Part shown: one piece after another, positions 1 through 7,417 of the stretch
How positions within the stretch are numbered: the stretch's first letter is position 1
Layout of the letters: each line of letters begins with the position of its first letter
Origin: a virus
Lineage: Duplodnaviria; Heunggongvirae; Uroviricota; Caudoviricetes
Virus record (IMG/VR): IMGVR_UViG_2563366844_000002
Coordinates: 1 to 14,106 of that record
Strand: one strand, 5' to 3'
DNA: 14,106 nucleotides
Program-made: the position numbers and the translations under genes
Notes under the pieces: model-generated
Database searches by the model: none
Seen by the model: the letters and a program-made list of their open reading frames with translations, nothing else
Told to the model about the DNA's origin: nothing

Positions 1-28
1 ATGACACGTTCAAATGTTAGCCAAATCG

Positions 29-80
29 TAACCCGCAAGCCATTCAAAATAACCCGCAACCACCCCCAAATAACCCGCAA
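29..80. repeat. Iteron-like direct repeat cluster, 3 copies of TAACCCGCAA at 21-bp phasing (candidate distal replication or regulatory site)
   Basis: TAACCCGCAA occurs at 29-38, 50-59 and 71-80, each start exactly 21 bp apart. The same 10-mer is the repeat unit of the iteron cluster at 7903-8029. The plus-strand ORF 1..441 translating this region looks like a repeat artefact. Confidence 0.7.
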
Positions 81-530
81 ACACATCAGGAAAATGGGGC
101 CAGTGATGCCACCGATACCCTATATTTGGGTATCGCGAGTAAGCCCCAAAATCTGGGTGTTACTCTTACTACCCAAACTACGGGTAGTTTCCGTATTTTC
201 ATGGTCGAGTTGCAAATCTGCAACTCACCCACCCGCCAACCCATTTTTGGGCCGTCGGGAATATCAACAAATTAGCACAGAAATAACTCAGGCAGATACA
301 AAACTCAACTTTGAGCTTTGCTTATTATTCAGTTGGTTAACATCCCTCAAAACTGAGGACTGTACCCAAAGCTATTTTTATAGCTCCGGCCTCAGCAGTT
401 GGCTGTTCCCGAAAATATCAGTCAGTTACGTTAACCGCTAATTTCTGCCTTTGGTGTGAATACTGTCGCTTTAACCTACGGTAATTGTTCTGCCTCGGTG
501 CGTGTCACCGCCGTAACCGCGCCAGTAAAC

Positions 531-564
531 ACCACAGATTCGTGGTTTTCCTGAATATCAGGAA
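531..564 (-). other. Two adjacent short hairpins just 3' of the last gene of the packaging operon (weak terminator candidates)
   Basis: ACCAC-N6-GTGGT at 531-546 and TTCCTGA-ATA-TCAGGAA at 548-564, directly after the stop at 566-568. No strong U-run on the minus strand, so termination function is uncertain. Confidence 0.25.
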
Positions 565-565
565 T

Positions 566-856
566 CTACCGCCGCAACCGTTCCGGCTTCTTCCACTGGT
601 AAGTATTTTTCGCGCTCTCCCTCCGTTGTTGAGAACGGCGACGGTATGCCAGCAACTCAAGAACTCTGGTTCGTATGTTGCGCATATCCACGCCGTTAAG
701 CTCAATACCGTCACGGCGCATTACCTCAGCCACCACACGCGTGTAATTTTCGGCTATCACGCTGTCCGGCTGTGTAGCCTGTTCGTCAGGCTGCTGACTG
801 ATTCCGGTAATGCGGCGAATTATTTTTAGTAGATCAGTTTCAGTCATTCTCGTCAT
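566..856 (-). CDS. Hypothetical 96-aa protein, last gene of the packaging operon
   Basis: Start ATG at 856-854 overlaps the TerL stop at 855-853 (ATGA overlap, translational coupling). No family recognised from the sequence. Confidence 0.5.
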   Translation of the reverse strand: MTRMTETDLLKIIRRITGISQQPDEQATQPDSVIAENYTRVVAEVMRRDGIELNGVDMRNIRTRVLELLAYRRRSQQRRESAKNTYQWKKPERLRR

Positions 857-2514
857 ACCCCATCAAACGCCGCAAGTCGCTCTTTGTGGCTGTCGCTCAT
901 ATCAAATGCAAATTCCTCATGCTCTGCCTGGAATGTGCCAAACGCCATCAGCGCCGCAACGCTCGGGTCTATCTTGTTGGATGATTTTTTCTTGTTCGGC
1001 TTGATATTGGCGTTCGCGTCACTCTGCATCACAACATTACTCATTGACCAGGCCAGCACCGGATCACCACGATGCACAATCACCTTCCGGTTAACAAAAA
1101 CTTCGAACGATTTCGCCGCCGGACTGAAACGAAGGTATGTTTGCGGGAACGGCTCCACCTCTAATCCTGCCCCCTGTAGCTGCGTCCTCAGGTGCGTGGC
1201 GTTCCATGTATCGAAGCCCACCAGCCTGATATTGAAATTCTCTGCATCCGCCATGATGTCATCACGGATACGGTCATAATCAATGCAGTCACCCGGTGTT
1301 GTGCGTATCCAGCCCGCCTTTACCCACTGGCGATAGATGGCGCGGTTTTTATTGGCGGGGTTCTGTAGCTGAAATTCCGGCAGATAGTGACGGGAAACCA
1401 GCATAATCTTTTTACCGACCGGAAAGGCATAGCACACGCTGGAAATATCGCTGGTTGATGATAAGTCCAGCCCCGCGTAGCACTCCTGCCCGTATAAATC
1501 CGCCTCCGCGAACGTTCCGGCGCACTCCGCCCATGCACCGTTACCCATCCACGGCGTAGCCCCCTGACACCAGATATTGAATCGCTTGGTGAGCATTTCC
1601 ACCCACTGCGACGGAATACCCCGCGCTTTCTGGATGGTTGAGGCCAGTTTTTCACGATCGACGGAAACATCGATATTTGGATTCGCCTTTATCCACATCG
1701 CCGGATCGTCAACCTCGCTTTCATCATCCAGCTCGTAAATCAGAACGAACATGGATTCGTTCATCTCTTCACCATCCAGTATCTGACAGCAATAGTCATA
1801 GTGTTGTTTACAGGCTGAAACAACGTTGCTCCCCGATGTGGTGATGGCAAATAACAGCCCCTCCGGACGCGCCCCCATCCCCAGCTCAAGTGCGGAATAA
1901 ACCCCGTTGTCTGGGTGCAGGTGATATTCATCCACAATGGCAAGACTCGGGTTTGTCCCCTCAATGGTTGCCGCTTTTGCTGCCAGTGGCTTTAACAGGC
2001 TGTTGGTTTTCGGGTGTATCACCTTGTGCGCCTGAATATTTACCCGCTTTCGTAACGGTCGGGATAAAAGGCACATCTGACGCGCATCATCAAACACGAT
2101 CCGCGCCTGATCACGACTCACGGCGGCGGTGTAAATATCCTGCTGCCCGTTTTCCATAACCAGAAACCAGTTAGCCAGGATAGCGGCGACCGTGGATTTG
2201 GCATTTTTTCGCGGTACTTCAATGAATGCGCTGGTGTATTTGCGCCGTCCGGTGGCCTTAACCTTAAAGCCCAGGATGCAGGCAAAGGCGAACTGCTGCC
2301 ACGGCTCCAGTTCAATGGGGCTACCGCGCATTGCGCCTTTTACGTGCGGGCACACCCGGGAAAAGGCAATAAACCGCTCCACGACCTCCGGATCGAACGT
2401 GTAAAGGGAGTTTTCAAGGTCAGAAAAATACCGTTTAACGGCCTGTTTCAGTCGTTTACAGGCCGTAATTTTGCCGTTTTTTACGCCTTCTGCGTACTCA
2501 TGCCAGGCGGTCAA
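853..2514 (-). CDS. terL: Phage terminase large subunit
   Basis: 553-aa ORF with the N-terminal ATPase pattern and overall layout typical of phage large terminases. The annotated start is a TTG at 2514-2512, preceded by GAGGAAGAGGA at SD distance and overlapping the TerS 3' end by 17 nt. Confidence 0.85.
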   Translation of the reverse strand: MTAWHEYAEGVKNGKITACKRLKQAVKRYFSDLENSLYTFDPEVVERFIAFSRVCPHVKGAMRGSPIELEPWQQFAFACILGFKVKATGRRKYTSAFIEVPRKNAKSTVAAILANWFLVMENGQQDIYTAAVSRDQARIVFDDARQMCLLSRPLRKRVNIQAHKVIHPKTNSLLKPLAAKAATIEGTNPSLAIVDEYHLHPDNGVYSALELGMGARPEGLLFAITTSGSNVVSACKQHYDYCCQILDGEEMNESMFVLIYELDDESEVDDPAMWIKANPNIDVSVDREKLASTIQKARGIPSQWVEMLTKRFNIWCQGATPWMGNGAWAECAGTFAEADLYGQECYAGLDLSSTSDISSVCYAFPVGKKIMLVSRHYLPEFQLQNPANKNRAIYRQWVKAGWIRTTPGDCIDYDRIRDDIMADAENFNIRLVGFDTWNATHLRTQLQGAGLEVEPFPQTYLRFSPAAKSFEVFVNRKVIVHRGDPVLAWSMSNVVMQSDANANIKPNKKKSSNKIDPSVAALMAFGTFQAEHEEFAFDMSDSHKERLAAFDGV

Positions 2515-2854
2515 GTTCGTCCTCTTCCTCTGTTTCCGGTGGATTTCTGCGACGGCTTACCGGGTCAAAACCCAGCAAAGAAGCCATTTTGATCATTATT
2601 CTTTCTGCGTCAGCCTTTGCGCTCAGTGCGGGGTTTCTGCTCTCGCTGCCCTGACTGTTAACAATGCTGAACCCGCGCGTCGCAAGGTCTTCGACGGCTT
2701 TGCGGTATATGGAGTAGTTAACACAATACAGTTCCAGATTGCTCCAGTCGGCGGGGGTAAGGTCTTCCCGCCCGGAAAGCTGGCGCGATTTTTCCTTCCA
2801 CTGCCTGACCGCGATTTCATCCAGGTAAGCGGGGGTTTTTGGTGGTCTTGCCAT
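2498..2854 (-). CDS. terS: Terminase small subunit (P27-family-like)
   Basis: From the internal ATG at 2854-2852 the product starts MARPPKTPAYLDE and carries the P27-type TerS pattern (LTPADW...LELYC..YS.YRKA...NPA...SLLGFDPVSRRR). The ORF-track extension up to 2995 looks non-coding. Confidence 0.75.
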   Translation of the reverse strand: MARPPKTPAYLDEIAVRQWKEKSRQLSGREDLTPADWSNLELYCVNYSIYRKAVEDLATRGFSIVNSQGSESRNPALSAKADAERIMIKMASLLGFDPVSRRRNPPETEEEDELDRLA

Positions 2855-2905
2855 GTTCTTTTTTCGCCCAATTATTTTCAAAAAAATTACCGTGCACAAA
2901 AATTT

Positions 2906-2965
2906 GAGGGGGCGGTCGGTGTCCGGCAGGGACGGTTTCGTCCTGAAAACCGCCCCCACCCCCTC
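2906..2965. other. GC-rich nested inverted repeat between HNH and terS; candidate cos/packaging site or structured element
   Basis: GGGGGCGGT at 2908-2916 pairs with ACCGCCCCC at 2949-2957. An inner hairpin GGACG-GTTT-CGTCC lies at 2930-2943, and extra GAGGGGG (2906-2912) / CCCCCTC (2959-2965) arms flank it. Sits in the 120-bp gap upstream of terS. Confidence 0.35.
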
Positions 2966-2973
2966 TGACGGCC

Positions 2974-3159
2974 TCACCAGCGATTGCGAAAACATTCCAT
3001 GACCTCGCGGTCACGGTCGGTTAATCGCTTCGCTGTGGTGCGTTTTGTGCGCCCTGTCCTGTTGGCTTTGTGCTCTGTCTCCTGTGTCTTCCATGTGTCA
3101 CGCTGCCTTATCAGTCCACGTATCAGCCTGGTTTGCTCCTGTTCAGTCATCATCGCCAT
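2974..3159 (-). CDS. Possible small basic ORF (about 61 aa) between HNH and terS
   Basis: Internal ATG codons at 3159, 3153 and 3150 lie just upstream of the HNH stop at 3145-3143. Product MAMMTEQEQTRLIRGLIRQRDTW... is highly basic. The upstream part of ORF 2974..3354 overlaps HNH in another frame and is not considered coding. Confidence 0.3.
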   Translation of the reverse strand: MAMMTEQEQTRLIRGLIRQRDTWKTQETEHKANRTGRTKRTTAKRLTDRDREVMECFRNRW

Positions 3160-3583
3160 ACATCCAGTCGTTACGGTGTGCCGCCCGTTCTTCCTGCTCG
3201 CGATACATGCCCGCTTTACGGTTTGCTTTCGTGGCTGGATCTTCTCGTGTCGTCTTACGGTTGTGGCACGTCTGGCACAATGCCTGGTGATTCCACTCAG
3301 GCCAGAAGAGAACATCACCGCCGCCATTGATGGGAATGATGTGATCCACCACAAGAGCTGGCGTATAAATCCCCTTAGCCAGACAACGCACGCATAACGG
3401 GTTTTTGCTCAGGTACAGGGCGCGGTATTTGTCCCACTGTCGGGAATACCCGCGCGCGCGGCGGTGTCCCCGTCTGGCATCCTCTGCACGCCATGCAGCC
3501 CGCCTGTGCTCTTCACACTTGCCGGACTTCACGCGCTTATTACAGCCAGGCTCAGTGCATCGCCTTAATGGTTGCCACGGCAT
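3143..3583 (-). CDS. HNH endonuclease (phage packaging-associated)
   Basis: Cys pairs near the N-terminus (CTEPGCN, CEEH) and an HNH core VVDHIIPINGGGDVLFWPEWNHQALCQTCHNRKT. Located just upstream of terS/terL, as in HK97-like packaging modules. Start overlaps the connector stop by 1 nt. Confidence 0.85.
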   Translation of the reverse strand: MPWQPLRRCTEPGCNKRVKSGKCEEHRRAAWRAEDARRGHRRARGYSRQWDKYRALYLSKNPLCVRCLAKGIYTPALVVDHIIPINGGGDVLFWPEWNHQALCQTCHNRKTTREDPATKANRKAGMYREQEERAAHRNDWMYGDDD

Positions 3584-3885
3584 CAGTACACCCCTACGTC
3601 ACGATAAACTGACCAGAGCGCAGAAATAGCCATAGGCAGTTCCGAGTGCTCCACTGGTGAAACCGCTTCCCGGTTCTCGTACAGGAAAGCGATGTACATC
3701 AGGCAACCAACACGCATTGCCGGGGTAAATTCCAGCCCGTCTTCAAAACGTTTCCCGATATGCTTCTGGCAGGCTTCCAGCGCCGCATCGGTATACATTT
3801 TCAGAAGTTCGCCTTCACCGGATAAATCATCATCAAGTCGAAGATGTGCCCTGACTTCATCAGGTGTAATTCTGGCTTCACTCAT
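3583..3885 (-). CDS. gp6-like head-tail connector protein
   Basis: From the internal ATG at 3885-3883 (preceded by AGGGAGAAAAG) the product starts MSEARITPDEVRAHLRLDDDLSGEGELLKMYTDAALEACQKHIG, which fits the gp6-like connector pattern. The portal stop at 3880-3878 is 2 nt upstream. Confidence 0.7.
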   Translation of the reverse strand: MSEARITPDEVRAHLRLDDDLSGEGELLKMYTDAALEACQKHIGKRFEDGLEFTPAMRVGCLMYIAFLYENREAVSPVEHSELPMAISALWSVYRDVGVY

Positions 3886-5092
3886 CTTTTCTCCCTTTAA
3901 TTTCCACAGTCTGTTTCCATGCCTGGCTGAACTCATCACCACCTTCACGCGGCGGCATACCCTCACGCTCACGGGCTTCGTTCGGATTCATGATCCCGTT
4001 CTTAATCCCTTTCTCATACGTGGCATAACGTTCGGTGGGTGTGGCGCGTAATAAATCGGCTGAATCAAACTCAACCAGATAACGGGTACCAGGTACGGGA
4101 GAAGCCACCAGCAAAGCGGCCTTGATTTGCTGTTCGAAGTTCGCTAGCCACGGGCGCATTGTCATGGTCAGAAACGCGCGGCTTGCCTCGCTGAAATTGC
4201 TGTAGGTGCTGTTGCTGTATTCCTGCAGAAAAATAGGCGATACGTTGAACATGCGGGCGATGTCTTCAATGGAGAAGCGACGGGAGGCCAGCCATTCCGC
4301 ATCCTGGTTACTCATTCCCAGTTGCCTGTAATCCATGCCCCCTTCAAGGATTGGCGTTTTTCCGGCATTTTTCGCCCCCTTGTAGCGTTCCAGAGCATCC
4401 AATGCCTGTTTACCTTTCACGCCGTCCAGCCATTCGCCTGACGTGATAATCCCTGCCGCCATCATGCCATCTTTCATAATGCTGGCTCCGTGACGCTGTT
4501 GAGCAAGGCCAAGCCCCAGCGCCTCACGGCAAATCGTGACGGGGGAACGCCCCAGAAAGCCATCATCCGAGGCATAGCGGAGATGCAAAACTTCTTCCTG
4601 TAAATACGTGCGCACCGTTCCTGTACAGGGTTCGGTGATGGTATAGCGGTATTTGTGTGCGCCTGTGCATTCCGGTACAACACACCCCGGCGCATAAGGA
4701 TGAAGTGATTTTGGCTGCCCGTCCTGCCCCCACTCAATAACCGCATAGGCGTTACCGTTCAGCAGGCAGTGACGCATCATTGTGCGTTTAAACTGGTAAG
4801 GTGTCTGGCACGAATTAGGCTGCTCATTCAGCAGAATATCTACCGGGTGACTGTCCAGCCATTCCCGCGCCTCCCTGCCCTTGTCATTACGTACCAGATA
4901 CAGATAACACGGCATCGTGGCCACCGCCTCAGCGATGACAGAAACCGCATTCATCACTGCAGGCAATGATTCAGCCGTCCCGGCAGAAACATATTCTCCG
5001 GATCCGGTATTCGGTACGCCGGACAGCGCCAGAAAATCATCAATGGACAGGTTACGCTGCTCGCTTTTTTTACGACTAAAAGGCCACCACAT
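3878..5092 (-). CDS. Phage portal protein (HK97-family-like)
   Basis: About 404 aa from the internal ATG at 5092-5090 (MWWPFSRKK...). Size and sequence are portal-like. The ORF-track start at 5182 would overlap the protease gene, so the internal start is preferred; the protease stop at 5096-5094 leaves a 1-nt gap. Confidence 0.85.
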   Translation of the reverse strand: MWWPFSRKKSEQRNLSIDDFLALSGVPNTGSGEYVSAGTAESLPAVMNAVSVIAEAVATMPCYLYLVRNDKGREAREWLDSHPVDILLNEQPNSCQTPYQFKRTMMRHCLLNGNAYAVIEWGQDGQPKSLHPYAPGCVVPECTGAHKYRYTITEPCTGTVRTYLQEEVLHLRYASDDGFLGRSPVTICREALGLGLAQQRHGASIMKDGMMAAGIITSGEWLDGVKGKQALDALERYKGAKNAGKTPILEGGMDYRQLGMSNQDAEWLASRRFSIEDIARMFNVSPIFLQEYSNSTYSNFSEASRAFLTMTMRPWLANFEQQIKAALLVASPVPGTRYLVEFDSADLLRATPTERYATYEKGIKNGIMNPNEAREREGMPPREGGDEFSQAWKQTVEIKGRKDE

Positions 5093-5093
5093 A

Positions 5094-5654
5094 TCACAAC
5101 CCCGCCAGCTCAGACCAGCGATGACGATTATTTCCTGTCGGACGTAATTCAGGGTGCTGTGCAAACAACGAACGGTGGGCAATCTCCACGCCAGATTCTG
5201 GATAAGCAGGCATCGACGTTATTGTGATTTCACGGAGTTCAGCGGCGGTTACGGTACGCAGATACGGTTTTTGCGCGATACTCCACTCCTCGCATAATGC
5301 GCGAAAACCAAAGCTCATTCCTGTAATGTCGCCACGCTCCACCAGCGTAAGCACATCTTTTCCAAGCTGGGTATCCGGCGGTGTCAGTTCAAAACGTAAC
5401 CCGGTGTTATCCTCAGTCAGTACCAGAGTGCCGGATTTGGTGCGCCCCAGCAGTTGGGTATAGTCATGCTCATACAGGCAGCGCACATCATTACCCGTCG
5501 CCAGATAGTCAGCAAAAGCCCCCGGCGTGAACTGTTCGCGGAATTCGTCCCAGATAATTTCTGAAAGGCTGTTCCAGCGAACGGCATACCCCACCAGCTT
5601 TTTATTGCTGGCGGTCAGTTCAGATGTGCGGATTTCAAAATCGGTGTTTTTCAT
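5094..5654 (-). CDS. Prohead maturation protease (HK97-family, S78-like)
   Basis: 186 aa with a GMSFGF-containing core typical of HK97 prohead proteases. Lies between the major capsid and portal genes. Confidence 0.85.
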   Translation of the reverse strand: MKNTDFEIRTSELTASNKKLVGYAVRWNSLSEIIWDEFREQFTPGAFADYLATGNDVRCLYEHDYTQLLGRTKSGTLVLTEDNTGLRFELTPPDTQLGKDVLTLVERGDITGMSFGFRALCEEWSIAQKPYLRTVTAAELREITITSMPAYPESGVEIAHRSLFAQHPELRPTGNNRHRWSELAGL

Positions 5655-5673
5655 CGGTGTACTCCATAAAACT

Positions 5674-5695
5674 GAAAAAGGAGGCCGCAGCCTCC
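5674..5695 (-). terminator. Intrinsic terminator/attenuator hairpin between capsid and protease genes
   Basis: Stem AGGAGGC (5678-5684) / GCCTCCT (5689-5695) with a 4-nt loop. On the minus-strand transcript it is followed by UUUU-CAG-UUUU, directly after the capsid stop. Confidence 0.45.
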
Positions 5696-5708
5696 TCCTT
5701 ACTCATGA

Positions 5709-6878
5709 CTAGCCAGCTTTCATTTCCAGAATTTTGATGGCGTTTGAATCCACCACACCACCGCCCAGATATTTATCCGTGTGGACCTTGTAGAATCCGG
5801 GTTCAGTAATGTTGTCCGGTCGGGTGCGAATCCCTGTTACATGATCAACGATGAAATAACCACGACTGAAATCTCCAACCGCTAGCGGTGCTTTTCCTGT
5901 GCCGATGTCCGGCATGGACTCCAGGCAGTAAACAGGACGACCAAGCAACATATCCGGCGCACCTTCTTTAAGGCTGTCGCGCCAGATATAATCGCCGTTC
6001 TCATTTTTCAGCTTCTGTAGTGCCCCTGCCGTGCCCGAGTTCATCACCCAGACGGCATTTTTGCGGTATTTCGCTTTCAGCTTGTAGAGAATGTCGATCA
6101 GTTCGTCCGCTGTAATGGCGGTTCCACTTGCCGCTACCATTTTTTCAATGGTGCCAAAAGCGCGGGTTTTGTCACTGGTCGCCGCACGGGTGTAAGCCAT
6201 GAAGCCTTTCGGCTTGCCGTTACCGTCGCCATTAACAAAATCATCCTCTTCGGTGCTGGCGAACGTGTCGGCAATTTCGGAGGATAACCAGCCCAGAATA
6301 TCCACCTCTGAAAAATCCAGGATTTCCTGCGTGGTTTTCGGGTAGGCGTAGATCGGATTCAGCTTGATGGTTACGCGTTCAATTTTCGGGGTGTTGGTTT
6401 CACTGCGTGCGCTGCCTTCTGTGCCTCGTCCTACAGTTGCGCCGCCAGTGGAAACCAGTTTCTGAAACTCATTTGATTTTGCGGTCTTCACGGTCGCGAT
6501 CACGCGCATAACACTGTCATCCTGTAGCTGGCGCATGACTTCGCGATCGAGCTCAGGAATTACGGTATATCCACCATCCCTGCCGCTGTCAGTGCTGGTG
6601 GACAGTGATCGCACATCTCCGGTTACGATGTAGTTACGCAATTCATCAGATGATAATTTCTGGATGCCCGTTCCTGGCTTGCTGCGTTCTTCATCAGCCA
6701 CAGACTCGAGGCGGGAAATTTCTGTGTCGAGGGAATCGGCTTTTGCACGCAGTTCATCAAACTGTTTGCCCTCGTCATCGTTCAGGCTGCGGTTTTCACT
6801 GTCGGCTTTTTCCAGCAGGGATCGCATCTGGTTTTTCAGGGCGTTTTTTTGCTGGCGGAGTTCGATTAATTTCTTCAT
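5709..6878 (-). CDS. Major capsid protein (HK97 fold family)
   Basis: 389 aa with an N-terminal coiled-coil/delta-like region (MKKLIELRQQKNALKNQMRSLLEKADSE...) followed by an HK97-type capsid body. It is the first gene of the packaging operon. Confidence 0.9.
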   Translation of the reverse strand: MKKLIELRQQKNALKNQMRSLLEKADSENRSLNDDEGKQFDELRAKADSLDTEISRLESVADEERSKPGTGIQKLSSDELRNYIVTGDVRSLSTSTDSGRDGGYTVIPELDREVMRQLQDDSVMRVIATVKTAKSNEFQKLVSTGGATVGRGTEGSARSETNTPKIERVTIKLNPIYAYPKTTQEILDFSEVDILGWLSSEIADTFASTEEDDFVNGDGNGKPKGFMAYTRAATSDKTRAFGTIEKMVAASGTAITADELIDILYKLKAKYRKNAVWVMNSGTAGALQKLKNENGDYIWRDSLKEGAPDMLLGRPVYCLESMPDIGTGKAPLAVGDFSRGYFIVDHVTGIRTRPDNITEPGFYKVHTDKYLGGGVVDSNAIKILEMKAG

Positions 6879-7027
6879 GAAGGTTTTCTCGTATTGGTTA
6901 AGATTCAGGACGTGAAACCAACACGGAGGGAGCGCCGCCCGACACTCTCGGCATCTCGCAGATCAACCCGGCATCACGCAGGGGGTCAGGCGGCATTGTG
7001 GCGGCTCACGTCTGAGTGCCACACGCC

Positions 7028-7055
7028 AACATATACATAAAAATCAGTATGTAAA
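7028..7055 (-). promoter_or_regulatory. Candidate sigma70-type promoter of the capsid/packaging operon
   Basis: On the minus strand, TTTACA (plus 7050-7055), a 16-nt spacer, then TATGTT (plus 7028-7033). Sits just downstream of the terminator at 7114-7141 and about 140 nt upstream of the capsid ATG. Confidence 0.3.
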
Positions 7056-7071
7056 CATCAGCCAGAATCAC

Positions 7072-7098
7072 CGAACAATCTGGAACAACCGCGAACAA
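7072..7098 (-). promoter_or_regulatory. Three phased direct repeats (GAACAA core, 10-bp period) upstream of the candidate capsid-operon promoter; putative activator binding site
   Basis: Plus-strand CGAACAA at 7072-7078, GGAACAA at 7082-7088 and CGAACAA at 7092-7098. On the minus strand these read TTGTTCG / TTGTTCC / TTGTTCG, ending 17 bp upstream of the -35 hexamer. Confidence 0.4.
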
Positions 7099-7113
7099 AT
7101 AATTTACAAAACC

Positions 7114-7141
7114 TGAAAAAAGACCCGGGAAAAATCCGGGC
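7114..7141 (-). terminator. Rho-independent terminator at the end of the replication/early operon
   Basis: GC stem CCCGG (7124-7128) / CCGGG (7136-7140) with a 7-nt loop. On the minus strand it is followed by UCUUUUUU (reverse complement of 7114-7123), 10 nt after the stop of the 82-aa ORF. Confidence 0.5.
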
Positions 7142-7151
7142 CTTTATCGCT

Positions 7152-7400
7152 TTACTGTTTCACGGGATCGCGCATTCTGCGCCTTATTTTCCACAAATAT
7201 TCGATCATCGCTTCCACCTGCTCACGGTTGGTTGCGAAAATTTCCCCGGTCAGTGAGCTGCGCAGAAAATCATGATGATCCACAACAAATAACGCATCGG
7301 AAGAAAGCAGACGGCGATATTTTTTTGCTGTCGTGGTTTCCAGATCATCAATACCATGAAACTTTTTATGTTGCTGAACTTCTTCAAATGTCACTGGCAT
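7152..7400 (-). CDS. Hypothetical 82-aa protein
   Basis: ATG at 7400-7398 preceded by AGGGGGA at SD distance. Lies 17 nt downstream of the SSB stop. No family recognised. Confidence 0.55.
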   Translation of the reverse strand: MPVTFEEVQQHKKFHGIDDLETTTAKKYRRLLSSDALFVVDHHDFLRSSLTGEIFATNREQVEAMIEYLWKIRRRMRDPVKQ

Positions 7401-7417
7401 GTATCCCCCTGTTATCG

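Noticed and set aside
190-245. Possible tRNA 3' fragment or att site (hairpin GTTGCA-N4-TGCAAC followed by CACCCACCCGCCA)
   Set aside because: The loop is not the 7-nt T-loop and there is no GTTC-type motif. Without a second copy I cannot call an att site; the iterons at 29-80 suggest the element continues beyond the left edge.
1-441. Plus-strand ORF of 146 aa at the left edge
   Set aside because: Its N-terminus is just the translation of the tandem TAACCCGCAA repeats (recurring ITRK/NHPQ peptides). No RBS and nothing family-like; treated as an artefact of the iteron cluster.
485-829. Plus-strand 114-aa ORF and minus-strand 69-aa ORF (505..714) near the left end
   Set aside because: Both overlap the better-supported 96-aa minus-strand gene that is coupled to terL, and neither has a convincing start context.
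884-2404. Several plus-strand ORFs of 60-130 aa opposite terL (884..1279, 1638..1844, 1890..2159, 2192..2404)
   Set aside because: All lie antisense within a well-supported terminase gene and lack RBS context; typical shadow ORFs.
2855-2995. N-terminal extension of terS (ORF track start at 2995)
   Set aside because: The extension covers the structured GC-rich intergenic region and adds a non-TerS-like leader. The internal MARPPKT start matches the family N-terminus.
3160-3354. Upstream part of the 126-aa ORF 2974..3354
   Set aside because: Entirely embedded in the HNH gene in a different frame. Only the short 3' part after the HNH stop is a possible real gene.
5093-5182. N-terminal extension of the portal ORF (ORF track start at 5182)
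   Set aside because: It would overlap the protease gene by 89 nt in another frame. The internal ATG at 5092 sits 1 nt after the protease stop.
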